From Octopus vulgaris (Eukaryota): DNA of 64,000 nucleotides. The position numbers and the translations under genes are program-made. The stretch is taken from positions 117,118,001-117,182,000 of the forward strand of contig OX597814.1 in assembly GCA_951406725.2 (NCBI GenBank), given 5' to 3'. This document shows, piece by piece, positions 45,957 through 60,834 of this stretch (positions are counted from its first letter, which is position 1; each line of letters opens with the position of its first letter). A model generated the notes under the pieces. That model saw nothing but the letters and a program-made list of their open reading frames with translations. It was not told where the DNA came from and ran no database searches.

Positions 45957-46390
45957 GAAAAAACAAGTCAAAAATAGAAAATGCTAAGATAATTTTATAG
46001 TGAATCTTTCAGTATCGGTTTCGGTCATTTTGAGACCTTTTCAACTGTAACGATTAAATAATTAAATTTAGAAAAATTAGAAGAAAAGTTTTTTTAAAGA
46101 AATATTTCCATAGTAGTGTTCAGATATAAGTGGCATTCTGCCTTTCTCTGACTCCCTTGTTTGCACTTGGGAGTGCAAACAAGGGAGTCAGAGAAAGGCA
46201 GAATGCTACTTATATCTGAACACTACTACAGAAATATTCTTTTAAAAAAACTTTTCTTCTAATTTTTCTAAATTTAATTATTTAATCGTTACAGTTGAAA
46301 AGGTCTCAAAATGACCGAAACCGGTACTGAAAGATTCACTATAAAATTATCTTAGCATTTTCTATTTTTGACTTGTTTTTTCATATATAT
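45950..46390. mobile_element. Near-perfect palindromic element of two inverted PLE 3' ends
   Basis: Arms of ~215 bp around a 4-nt loop TGGG (46168-46171), (TA)n both sides; hammerheads at 46010-46047 (-) and 46292-46329 (+). Confidence 0.9.
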
Positions 46391-46416
46391 CAACTCGTGT
46401 GTTCCTTTCCACCCTT

Positions 46417-46469
<53 letters not shown>

Positions 46470-46470
<1 letters not shown>

Positions 46471-47232
46471 CATGTCTGTATTTATTTTTTACTGTTTACA
46501 TATATAATCGGCGGCTACGTATCCACAATTGTCCTTATACGATAAGTATATTTTTTCTCTAGCATTGATACGACTCTTGATCTGTCTCTTTCTCTCTCTC
46601 TCTCTCCTCCCTTATTCCCCTTCCTTTCTTTCCCTCTCCATCCGTCCCCCCCTTCTACGTTTCTCTATCTCTCTCACCTCCAGTCCCCTCGATCTGTCTC
46701 TTTCTTCTCCTCCCTCGTCCACCTTCTCTCTCTTTTTATCTGTCCCTTTCTCCTGTCTTTTGTTTCGTTCCAGCAGCCGTCGAAGCAACACGTATTTGTT
46801 CGTCTCCCTGCGGCCATTAGGCACAACTTCATAAGCCAGCCCCAAACTCAACTCGTCCTGTCGAAAGACCCTTGTCCTACGTCCTGGTTTTGTTTTGTTT
46901 TTTATCTTTACCGTTATTGTTTTTACGTTTTTGTATTCTTATTGGTGTCACGTATTCTGTATTTTTGTTCGTGTACTTCGTTCGTTTTCCGTCCTCGTGT
47001 TGTATACATTCGAAGCTTTCTTCCAGGGGATCTAATGCGCTTGGCTTCGATTTCCCTTGGCGGGTTGACCAGATCGGAGCAATCTCAAGATTAATCAGCC
47101 GAAATTGCGAAGATGATCTGGTTCTTGACTGATGACTGAGGGCTTCGAATGTCCCGTCCTGGGGTTCTTGTGTCGTCTCTTTGGTGTTTCATGTTCTTGT
47201 CCATGTCTGTATTTATTTTCTACTGTTTACAT
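46470..47232 (+). mobile_element. (TA)n-inserted element with ~30 bp terminal direct repeat
   Basis: TCCATGTCTGTATTTATTTT.TACTGTTTACA at ~46468 and ~47200. Confidence 0.7.
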
Positions 47233-47235
47233 ATA

Positions 47236-47267
<32 letters not shown>

Positions 47268-47274
47268 CATATAT

Positions 47275-47305
<31 letters not shown>

Positions 47306-47326
47306 CGTACATGCATGCATACATAC

Positions 47327-47381
<55 letters not shown>

Positions 47382-48018
47382 TATATATGATATAAGTATA
47401 TTAGAAAGGAAATACGCTGCTAAGGGCATGAATGGCTTAATTTATGTATCTAGGCTTTTTTTCAGCGCCGAATTTATTCAAGACCCTTTATATTTTTATG
47501 TATAATTCAGCGTGAATCAGAGGTATTGAAACCCAAGTTAAATATTAAGTAAGCCATTCCCTGAGATAAGGAACTAGATAAAAATGAAAGCACATTGCGT
47601 CCAAGCTTTCTCTATCTTACCTTTTTATACTGTCGAATATTGCTTTAGATGGAAGACTTTGGCATCAACTGAATTTGATATGAAATGCATAGAAGGAAAA
47701 TGGCTGAATTCTTATATAATATTTTATCAAAACTAATGGATTTCACTCTCTACTTGTGTGTTTGTGTGTCTTTCTTTATACATATATATATACACACACG
47801 CTCATACTTACAAACATGCACACACACACTCACATATATGTATACGAATGGCTTCTTTCATGTTTCTGTCTACCAAATCCACTCACAGGACTTTGGTTTG
47901 CCCAAGGCTATAGTACAAAACATTTACCGAAGTAATGGTTTTGAACCCAGAACCGTGTGGTTGGGAAGAAGGACGTTCCTTACCACACACCCAATGATAC
48001 ATATATATATAGCAAAAA

Positions 48019-48056
48019 CTGTCTGATGAACGGCAACGAGAAACTCAGAGTCACAG
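48019..48056 (+). ncRNA. Minimal hammerhead motif
   Basis: ctgt-CTGATGA-a CG gcaa CG a-GAAAC-TCAGA-GTC-acag. Confidence 0.7.
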
Positions 48057-48207
48057 ATTTTGTTGAATTTTCTGCCGCTATTTGCAAATTAAATAAAGAT
48101 TATAATACATAAAATTAATATAAAGTAAATAAATATATATATATATATATATAAAATATATATATATATATATATATGTTTGATTTCAAAATAGTGTTTT
48201 TCTCTAA

Positions 48208-50424
<2,217 letters not shown>

Positions 50425-50569
50425 CATATGAAATTATATACCTTAATATACATACGTAGATGCATCGGTGTATATTTATAGTTATGTACGTATATAAACA
50501 TATTGCATATGAATGCACATGTGTGTGCGTGTGTGTGAGTGTGAGTGTGTGTATGTCCCAAGTATCAAT

Positions 50570-50910
50570 TTGTTACCTTTTCCCAGTCATGAGACAGCAG
50601 TTATTATGGGGCTCTGCTGGGAAAGTTCTAATCGAAAAAATCGACCCTGGTACGTATTATTTTACACCTGGTTCTTATTCTAACGGTGTCTTTTTGCCGA
50701 CTCGCTAAGTTACGAGGACCTAAGATACCTACACCGTTTCTCAAGCCATGGATAATGTTAAGCTCAAACACACATGCACACACGCACAAAGGTACGTGCA
50801 TACAGACACACACACGCACACTCCTATAACTGGCTTCTTTCCATTTTCGTCTTCCCAATGCTATCAAGGCTGTGGTCGTCCTGGGGCTATAGGAGAAGAC
50901 CTTTGGCATT
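50570..50910 (-). mobile_element. Degenerate SINE family A
   Basis: Matches 31450-31630 and 32195-32280; similar copies at 47850-47990 and 58070-58400. Confidence 0.65.
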
Positions 50911-50929
50911 TGTGTATGTATATCTGTAT

Positions 50930-53290
50930 CCAAGTGTTATTCTTTCGTATTTATTCTTTGATATCTGATCGTTGCTAGATCATACATTTTCGGTATTGAA
51001 GTAGCTTTCTCTTCTGTCAAAAGCCGAAAGTGATCTTTAACATTGCTAAATTATAGACACGGGGATTAGCCTCAATCCCGTTGCAGTTCTCAACGTTAGG
51101 ACTATTCAATTCCTCCAACGAAACCCTTTAATTTATTTGCAGGAAAATCAACTTATTCTTCCGTGATATATAGCGAAATGCTTTCAAGCAATAACTGGCT
51201 TCTCTCTTCTGGTAGACCTCTCTTTTAATCCATAAAGTTAACCAGAGGTTGCCAACGCATAGTTAGGCGTTAATCAGATGTATTCAAATAGTATTTATCA
51301 ATGTTGTTCAACATTGTATTTGAAGATGTATCTTTCTACACTTATGTTAAAAATAGCTCTATTGTTAGCAGAATTGTTTGAAAAATGTTTTAAAATATCA
51401 AGATTAGTTTTAAGATATCAAGAATTTATGTATGTAGTAGTAACACATGTGTTTCTATTTTCAGAGAAAATATATTTTTCATTACATGTTCACAAAAATT
51501 ACAGCACTTTATTTATACAAGGCAATTTATAACTACAATTCATGTGCTTATTTTAAATTTTAGCGTAATTTTCTCTCTTCGGTATATTGTATAAGCACAA
51601 TTCGTCTCAGTTTGGCATGAAAACTGTGTTCTCATCTGTCGACTATTCTTTCTAGAAACGTCAGTGAGACTAAAACTGGTCTTTCATACACTTCGAATGG
51701 GAGCTTCGAGTGAAGTGAAACATTGGGAGCTGTCTCAAAAATACCATTTAATATTTAGCAAACTAATATAGGATGACCTGAGGAACGTAAGGAACAATAA
51801 ACCTCCACTGACTGGCGTGAATAAGCTTCTAAAAGTTCTGAATGTTCCAGTGATTTTATCATTCTTTTTTCGTCCTGCAACAGTTCGAGTACGTTGTCTT
51901 CCACTTCACTTCCGGCAATGCGCGACACCAGCACAATATTATAGTCCACTCATACTAACACGGCACTGTCCTGACCCACATCGGGTTTGGGATATTTCAA
52001 AGACTCCAACTCCCATTATTATGGCTCCAGCGACAAAACATTTTCTAAGAATAAGTCTTTATTAAAAACTAACAGATGCTTCTAAATTTCCTTTTTCTGC
52101 ACATTTCCAGATGTCATCTGCCGTTGATGATGGCTGTCGTAAGTAACCTTAAATAAAGTTAGAGTAACATATCCCAAAATAAGTATCTTCCGCTGATTAT
52201 AATCGGGATTGAACTGAGCACTCCTATTTTATGCACCAGTATATACGCCTAATTATAATTATCCACATACACTTTTAGTAACCAGCGATTGAGAGTTCCG
52301 TATTTAACTCAGGGGTCTGTCTAAACTACCGTAATTTAAAACGTTTTAATCTCTTAAAAAAATTCTTCTAATGCATTCATATCGTTTTACACAACCATAT
52401 TTTCGTTTACATTTTGCATCATAATTGCATTCCCTTCGCAATAATATTGAAGGCTGTTGCAAAATTTCCTTTATCATCAATATAATTTGAATGGTGACAA
52501 CCTGACTTATTTTATTCTTCGGTTGAAATAATCTCAACTTTACCAGAGCTTGTATAATTAGTTGTTCTGACACTGGTGTAGTAATTTCTCAGATCTCTTA
52601 ACTTTCCTTCTCTAAAACAAGTTAGAATTCTACTATTTCTTTCTTCTCGATTGTTAAGTTTAAATCAATCTTCAATTTCTAAATTTGGTAGCGTAGCTTA
52701 TCAGTTGTAGAATGTTAAGTTCAGTGCATTACTCTTCCACCGTACTGTTTTGAAAGAAATCACAGAAGGATATAATCTGAAGAGGACAAATTTAAACTGT
52801 TATCGCTCGAATTATGTTAGAAACAAAATTTGAACATGGATACAGATGTTTTATTTATGAAAACTATCAGTGGATATAATTATGAGGAATATATTTTGGG
52901 TTAGCTAATTTCATAATCTTGGGTTTAAATTGGAGTAAGCCGAAAAATTCGGTTGTTTAAATAGGCTATCATATATGCAGCTTTATACAGTTCTCTATTT
53001 AAGAGATCGGGAATTATGTACGTTATTACGTTATTTACATTATTTACAATTGACGGATACCATCTGCCGTTGATTTTAAAGAAGGAAAGTTAACAGGTTT
53101 AAGAAATTACTACAGCAGTGTCAGAACAACTAAATATACAAGTTCTGGTAAAGTTGAGAATATTTCAGACGAAGACTAAAATAAGTCAGGTTTTGCACCA
53201 CGGGCATATGACATTGTGGTTAAAAGCGCAGGCTACTAAATCCAAGATTCCGAGTTCGATTCCAGGCAGTGACATGAATAATAATAATAA

Positions 53291-53347
<57 letters not shown>

Positions 53348-53820
53348 CAACAAAAACAACAACAACATAAAAAATACCATAGGAATGAGAACCCAGGTTC
53401 AAGATTTCCCCAAGACACCTGAAGACGGCTGGAGGGTATATCAGTCGAAACGCTGTGTGAACAACAAACAAGATGAGGACAAATATCCGTCGAATGTAAA
53501 TAATGTAAATAATATGCAGCCTTATGTTTAATATGACGAGACGTTTATGTGTGTCGCTAAACACGTATCAAGTTTCCAGCAAGCGAGTCTTTGACTATTT
53601 ATATTGCCGGACTGTTTGAATTGCCGGGGCTACTAACGTGCAGATCACGAATATATAATTCATATTCCCAACAGAAATTCAAGTACATAAACTCTCCAGC
53701 CTGATAAGCTTTGAGAATTGTCCAAGGTCGTGTTAGCATGTTTGTAGAATCTAGGCAATAACTAACAGATACGTGGAACTACCTCACGAGGTGTTCAAAA
53801 TATTCAGACAGTTCCTCCAT
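50930..53820 (-). pseudogene. Endogenous negative-strand RNA virus L polymerase fossil, N-terminus to block II
   Basis: DLHVSSP (~53646-53626), EVYCSLRSSGHPIL (GHP 51778-51770), LRRIVLIQY (~51600), EANPRVYNLA..LLTE (~51070-51010). Confidence 0.7.
52985..53515 (+). mobile_element. tRNA-headed, hammerhead-tailed SINE-like element with inverted copy of its 3' end upstream
   Basis: A-box-like 53209-53219, B box GTTCGATTCC 53254-53263, (AAT)n, hammerhead 53415-53458; 53030-53059 is the reverse complement of ~53484-53513. Confidence 0.75.
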
Positions 53821-54456
53821 TGTCTAATCAGACATTCCCTATTTAAGCGTCCATTATGAATTTGAATTCGCTTAACATCACTAATAATATCTTCATTATT
53901 ATATCATAATTTTAATTTTATTGGATTTCAGCTGATTTATTTTTTATGGATATACCCTGGCACATATTCCCAACTCATGGCCTTATTTCCGCGAAGACGA
54001 TTTGTTTCATTACTTTGTACAGAGCTGACCAGAGGTCAACCAACAGTAAATCAAAAATCCATAAATATGATCTGTAATTCTGTATTGACTCGAATAGAAA
54101 GATATGTCGCTCAAGAAAGAACTTAGTTTGAAAAGTTTTCATGATATTTCATATTTAGATGCTTTTATTAAATTCATAAATATATCTAGGAATTAAATGG
54201 TTATGATTTATTGTCAGGTGACATTTGGTCAACCCTGTATTTGGCAATCATAGTTTTAACTAGAGAAGTCATGTCTTCGTTAGTTCTAAACTAGATTCAC
54301 ATTCAAGGTTTCATGATATTTATCTGTATTTTAAATTCATTGATCAAAGAAACAAGTATTATACATTGAATACATTTTTTTATTATACAAAAGGCAAAAT
54401 TGAAGTTACGATATACATTGAATGTACATGTATGTATGTATGTATCTATCTGTCTG

Positions 54457-54556
<100 letters not shown>

Positions 54557-54689
54557 GCTAGCTAGCTAGCTAGCTAACTAACTAGCTATCTCTCTGTATA
54601 CACACACACACAAATTTCTATATATATATATATATATAGAACAATCTTACTTAGAAGTGGATGCGTGCGTTCCGTCATATAATGAATTA

Positions 54690-55300
54690 AAAAATAAGAC
54701 ATATGCATATATACATACATATATGTTCGTACCTACCTCTACATGTATATATACACGCATATATGGGTACAGGACACAAACAATTATCGAACTGGCCTGA
54801 TTTCCTTGAAGTGTGGACGGCATTTTCTGCTGCTCCTTCGCTGTTCTCAAAAATAGCATTCGTAATACTTTTTCTCGTTCGGCTTAACAGCTCTTCTTGT
54901 CTTGTTATTCTCCTTGTCCTGTCTTTTACTGTTTATATTTTGTACTGTCGTTAGTGTCCTGTTTTTGTTACCATTTTTACCCCTCCGCAAAAAGATCTCA
55001 AATTTTATTTAATTTTTTTTCGCGGGAAGGAAAGTTTCTTCAAAAATGCGTATCGCCTTCACCTTCGAAACGCAGAGTAGATGAAACTATGGCGACTGAA
55101 GAAGGGGAATTTTCCTTGTGTTATTTGTCCTGTACTCTATTTTTCGTTGTTTAAGAAAAATGTCCAGTTCCTTGGTTTTGTGTTTATGTTTTCGTTTCTC
55201 ATTGTGTTCGACGTATTTTTGGTGTCCTGTACCCATATATGCGTGTATATATACATGTAGAGGTAGGTACGTACATATATGTATATATGTATATATGCAT

Positions 55301-55305
<5 letters not shown>
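54690..55305 (+). mobile_element. PLE-like non-autonomous element with ~80 bp inverted termini
   Basis: 54701-54777 inverted relative to ~55222-55302; same family as 31700-32187. Confidence 0.75.
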
Positions 55306-55350
<45 letters not shown>

Positions 55351-55749
55351 GTAATGTATTTGATTATTATGTCATGTATAAACAAGAGGTAAATGACCTT
55401 TGAGAATCTTCCTATAACCAATCATTGTCAAAAATATTTTGTGTTTATATTTCCCCTAGGCATGAATTCAGTGAGCAAATATACGATTATACCTTACATA
55501 TATCAACGGCAATGAGCTATAAATGCATAGAAATCTGTTTTGGTCCAAATTTAGATAACTTCAAAAACATTGTAGTGCTAGATTTATTAGTAAATAGTAA
55601 ACCTACTTCAAAATTGTTAGAGAATAAAATGTTAGATTTGTAACCTCAACCGCTGTATTGTCGTGTCTTTGTCAAAAGCAATACCAAAATCAATGTAGAG
55701 TATTCGTTGGCAAAATTTCAAGATACGACGCTAAAATTCTACATAATCT

Positions 55750-56520
55750 ACTTTACTGAATTCTAAGACAATGGAAATTACATACCTTATTTATCGTTTC
55801 CTTATATGCACACACTGATTAGATTTCTTTCTAAGAATTTTCTTTGGGTTTATAAACTTATATATATTCATTGAACATTTTCTGTTATAAACTCCAAGCA
55901 TTTTCATCTGGTTCAATCTTCTATTACTTAATTAATTCAGATTCACATTTGCCAGCATAATGATAACTTCAAAGTGGTATAAAGCTGGAAACTTGAATGA
56001 AATGAATAATTTCTTCCCCTAAACCCAAAATAAATTTGCTCTCATCTGCTTCCTGTTTGTTATCTAGCTAATTTACAATTGCGCAACTTTTCTATGTTAA
56101 TTTACTTTAAAATATAAAATAATACACTAATTCGTTCCAACATGCTATTTTGTCGCTTAGGTGTTCGCTTTGATCCGTAAGGAAAAGCTGGGATTATGAA
56201 ATGCTTACAAATTCATCTGTTATGGGCTAGGAGCATTTTGGAGCAAACCATTAAATTGCAAGCTAAGAGTAAGTCTTTCTTTTCTTCTTAAGTGGTGTTG
56301 TTTTAAAATATTTGAAGTTGTAATTTTCCTGATTTAAAAGAATCCTTTTTAACATTGATATCAGATACTCAAAAATTATATAACTTTCTATAAACTTTCT
56401 CTGTTGTATATTTAATTTTCATCCTTGTTCCAGCTTTAATATTTAATACTTCTGAGAGAGTTTGAAGTTCTTTCGGATCCTCTTTCACACCTAATGTTTT
56501 TGCACAAGATATATTGTCTA
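55750..56520 (-). pseudogene. Possible viral nucleoprotein-like fossil
   Basis: KFILGLGEEIISFKFPALYHF (~56040-55975) loosely resembles the N-protein [FY]PxL[YW] region. Confidence 0.3.
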
Positions 56521-56849
56521 CCAAATGCAAGATGATCGGTACTAGCTTGTGAATTTATCAGTGTTTAATAGCTTTGTTTCATTATGAATAAACTATAACA
56601 TTTCCCACTACCCTCTCATCAACAAATCTGACCTTGAATTGTAATAAAATCAGCGAATTCAAGTGTTTAGAACGTACGTAGAGGGACATACAAGGGATTC
56701 GGTTAAAAAGAAAAGAAAGCATCTTGGAGGCTTTTCTTCCTTTACTACAGGACATTTTCCAGGAATACATCTCAGAAAGGCAATGTATGATTTAAGTATG
56801 TAATGTACTCCAGTACAGTGAATAATTAATGTATCCTGTAGTATTCGAG

Positions 56850-57950
56850 TAAAGATATGGATGGTAATTAATTAAAGAGCAGAATATTGTTTGGTTGGAT
56901 TTCAATGTGAATAAATGTAATTCATCTTCAGAAATATGGTGAGATGTTTTAGAAAATTTTGAGATGAACTGGGTTTTTTTTTACCATTTCCTTTTAACCA
57001 ATATTGTATTTGATCACATTTATACAACGTGATTCCGTTCCATTTAAATGTTCTTAAAATTCGGCTTGCAGTTGATAATAGTTAATGTTGAGATCTTACT
57101 TCAGGATTCATTACAAGTGATTCTTGCAAATTGCCACATAAAGACAACTGCAACATTTTATTCTCTTATTTTATTCTCTTTCATATCATCTTCAATTTCT
57201 GTGGAAATCAGTAGGGTACAAATGAAGTTATCAACAACCTCAGAAAAAGTTTTATCGACGTTGTGTAACTAAAATATTCTGAACAAACAGCAGTGAAGAA
57301 CTACCAATAAAATTGAATGTGAGGAATTATATAACACACTTGATATATAATTAAATCCCTAAACAAAAATATATATATTCATAGACCTACACATGCTGCA
57401 AGTCTTCCTCCTTATTAATAGATATACGCAATATATTGGTATCCCTTGATCTATAACCACATTTCACGTTAAGGAAATAAAATGTACAACATTTGTTCAT
57501 ATAAGCATAAGATCGTGAATATAACGTCTTCATTATCATATTGATATCACTTGGATTCAGATCAGCAAATTAAAATTGAGATCAGTTCTCATACAGCTGA
57601 CGTCGAACGATCTGAAATTTGGCATTATATACCACATTCTACAAAAACAAATGATGATATGGAATCAGAACTAGTCATGATATAAGATATGTTAATATTT
57701 ATGTCTATATACTATGCTAGTAAATGTCGTATAATATATATCCATAAAATCTTAACAACTAACGTTATGGCTTCCGTACATTGATATGATTGGGTTCTCG
57801 CCTTGTCTTCGTCTTAGTGTTGTCATACAGAACATTAATTCACAGTAGTGGGTGGTTGTTGTGAAATAAGGAAAAGTACTAACTGTACTGCGACGTATTT
57901 CAACAGTTAATTGCTACTAATGAATATTATATATAATTTCAGCTTGATAG
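56850..57950 (-). pseudogene. Possible class III fusion glycoprotein-like fossil
   Basis: LCGNLQESLVMNPEVRSQH*LL...GITLYKCDQI (~57140-57005) has the C..NP..C spacing of gB/chuvirus-like G. Confidence 0.35.
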
Positions 57951-58639
57951 AATATAGCGATAGACTTATTTTGATAATCCGTTCCATATACGGATGCGGT
58001 GCGTAAGTGGTTCAAATCCCGTGGGAATAAATCTTTTCTCTTTCGAATTTCTATACGGGCGCGTGTAATACTCTTTTACACGTTTCAGTCATTTGACTGC
58101 AGCCATCCTGAAGCACCGAAGAAATCGACCATATGACTTATTCTTTCTAAGCTTAGTACTTATTATATCGGTCTCCTTTGCCGAACCTCTACGTTTTGGG
58201 GACATAAACACACCAACATCTTTTGTCAGGCGATGGTGGGAGCAAGAGACAGACACAGACACAGTTTTCGATTACCAAATCCACTCACAAGTCTTTCGTC
58301 GGCCCGAGGTTTGAGTAGAAGACACTTGCCCAAGGTTTCAAGCAGTGGTAGTGAACACGGGACCATGTGGTTGCGAAGCAAGCTTCTTACCACACAGTTA
58401 AATGGATGATGTTGCTCTCAGTGCGTATGTATAAACTCTCGCGTTGAGAAAAGTGGTACAATTTTAGTCTCATGTTTTTATGAATTTTACTTTATTTACT
58501 TTTGGCAAATTTATTATAAACCTGTGAGATATACATTTAGATTGAGGTGGATAGTTATTGAAGATTCGGTAGTATTTTCGTGAGGGGTTGTATAAGTTTA
58601 TTGCTCATTTAGTAAGCTACGAACTTCTTACATTCTTTC

Positions 58640-59600
58640 GATTTCCTGTAATTCAGAGCGTCTCATGGTCTCAGGAGAGAGAATGGAAAAGATGTTGCTC
58701 TGGAGGGTGGCAAGAAAGAAGCCCTGGAAGAACAATTCTGAATCACGGGGCCCACATTTCCGGATAGGTATATCGGCCTCGTTAGAGGTGAGGGGGTGGA
58801 AGATCCGAGGCCGAGAAGGCCGGAGGTCCGCACTGCCACAGATGCGACCATAGACCTGCTAGACGGTGATCCATATTTTGACAGATTGCTCTGTACAGCC
58901 TGGCGAGCTGCAGAGCCTGGGCTGTCATACAGTCAGGCCTTTTGCTGCCGCCTTGGTCTATCCACGCTGGCGCGAGCTGGAAGATGAAGCCCTTGGCGTT
59001 GAGACCATGCTTTACGATTTTATTTTGCGTGGTTTTTGTTGGAAGGCGGCCAGCACTGTTGCGACATGACAATGCGGGGGAATACAAAAGAATCCCCAAT
59101 GGACCCGCAGAGACATTCATGAGGCTAGTAGATCTGGAGACTGATGTGCGAAATCACCATCAAGCTGAGTGCCGAGCGCAAGTAATGGCAGCGCATCAAA
59201 CTAGATTACGCTGTTTCGGGGACTGAGGGGAAACATGCCAGACTGTACTGGTCACTGACTCGTCCGATAGCTTGTTATACTGTAATCCCATTTCTTTTGA
59301 GACCACCGGCCGTCCACAGGTGGTGGACCGACGGGAAGAAAGGCTGTAGTACCAGTGAAACTAGAGTTCGAAGGCCGAGACCGCCATATTTGAGGGTTGA
59401 GGTGATCTATTGCTATACAGTGTTTTCAAACCAAACGTTTGAGTCGTGAGTTGACGTTCAAGACCTCTGACTCGGACGAATTTATCTCGAGGCCGATTCG
59501 TGCTACAGCAGGAACAACTAAGTGGAGATTGTGTCAGACATTCTACCAGTCCACCTATCGCTGCATCGTCCAGGCATCAGACGTTGAAAGGAGCTATGAT
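58640..59600 (+). mobile_element. GC-richer retroelement remnant ending in (TATC)n, possibly L1/Tx1
   Basis: Compositional contrast, broken ORFs, weak LRVEVI/IAIQ APE-like motif near 59390-59420. Confidence 0.35.
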
Positions 59601-59601
59601 A

Positions 59602-59814
<213 letters not shown>

Positions 59815-60777
59815 TACCAACTTTCTCTTTGGGAAAAAGTAAAAGTTGGTTTCACCAAACACTTCGACAGCATTCCCAAAATCCGGAATGATGCCAAGTT
59901 CCCTCTGTTCTCTACAATCAAACACAGGAATGACTGGAAGCGTATAGATTACAGTTAATATCTATAAAAAGGTAGTGTGCAAGAAAGTGACATTCTTGGA
60001 GAAGCTGTCAGTTCCGATGGGCCTTGGAATTTCCAGAATCCCTTCACCTAGGATTTCCCATCAGCTCTACAATTATGAAGATAATGGCAGAGGAATCAGT
60101 ACAGAATTTGTGCTGTGCTACAAAAAAACTGTTTTTACATGCACTCCTTGAATGACGGAGCACTGTTAACTCATGAAGTTCCGTCAAGTTCAAGTAGTAG
60201 AATGTGGACACATACGGTATTCTTCCAAATCAAACGTTAGTATTGCCTCTTAGTATTCCTTTAATCTTACAAGGAAAGCAGCTTTATTCTCACTCTCTTA
60301 TGGCTGAAACAAAAGATGTGTACGGAAGTTCTTTAAGTTTCATTCGGAAAGGAGATTACGAGAGGGAAGAAGGTGCTCTCCTCAAACGAATCTACTGAAA
60401 ACAGTTAAATATTGCGAAAATGGCATGGATATATATCTAAGTATACCCCTATGAATCGGAGACATCTGTTGGAGATGCCGACCTGCGTTTCATGTTTAAG
60501 GGGATCTTCGATCACTGTAGATCAATATTTGAACCTTCATGGTTGCTATACAGCAACAGAATATATTGATCGTTTAATATGTTCTAAGCATATATATTTA
60601 CATTCCATCGTTGATATTTACTCCTTTGATTTTATAAGTTAATCCCTATAACTCGTGCCTATCTATCTAGCGTTCTCTTTCTTGTTTGTAACATTACTAC
60701 TACTACTACTGTTGGTGATGCTGCTGATAACAACAACAACAACAACAACAATAATGATGATGATGATGATGATGATG

Positions 60778-60822
<45 letters not shown>

Positions 60823-60834
60823 GTAATAATATCT

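Noticed and set aside
52111-52138. 28-nt plus-strand micro-exon candidate (TTTCCAG...GTAAGT)
   Set aside because: No partner exons found, and it lies antisense within the putative viral fossil; chance splice-like signals are common
53200-53272. Genuine tRNA gene
   Set aside because: Acceptor stem does not pair; it is a SINE-type head
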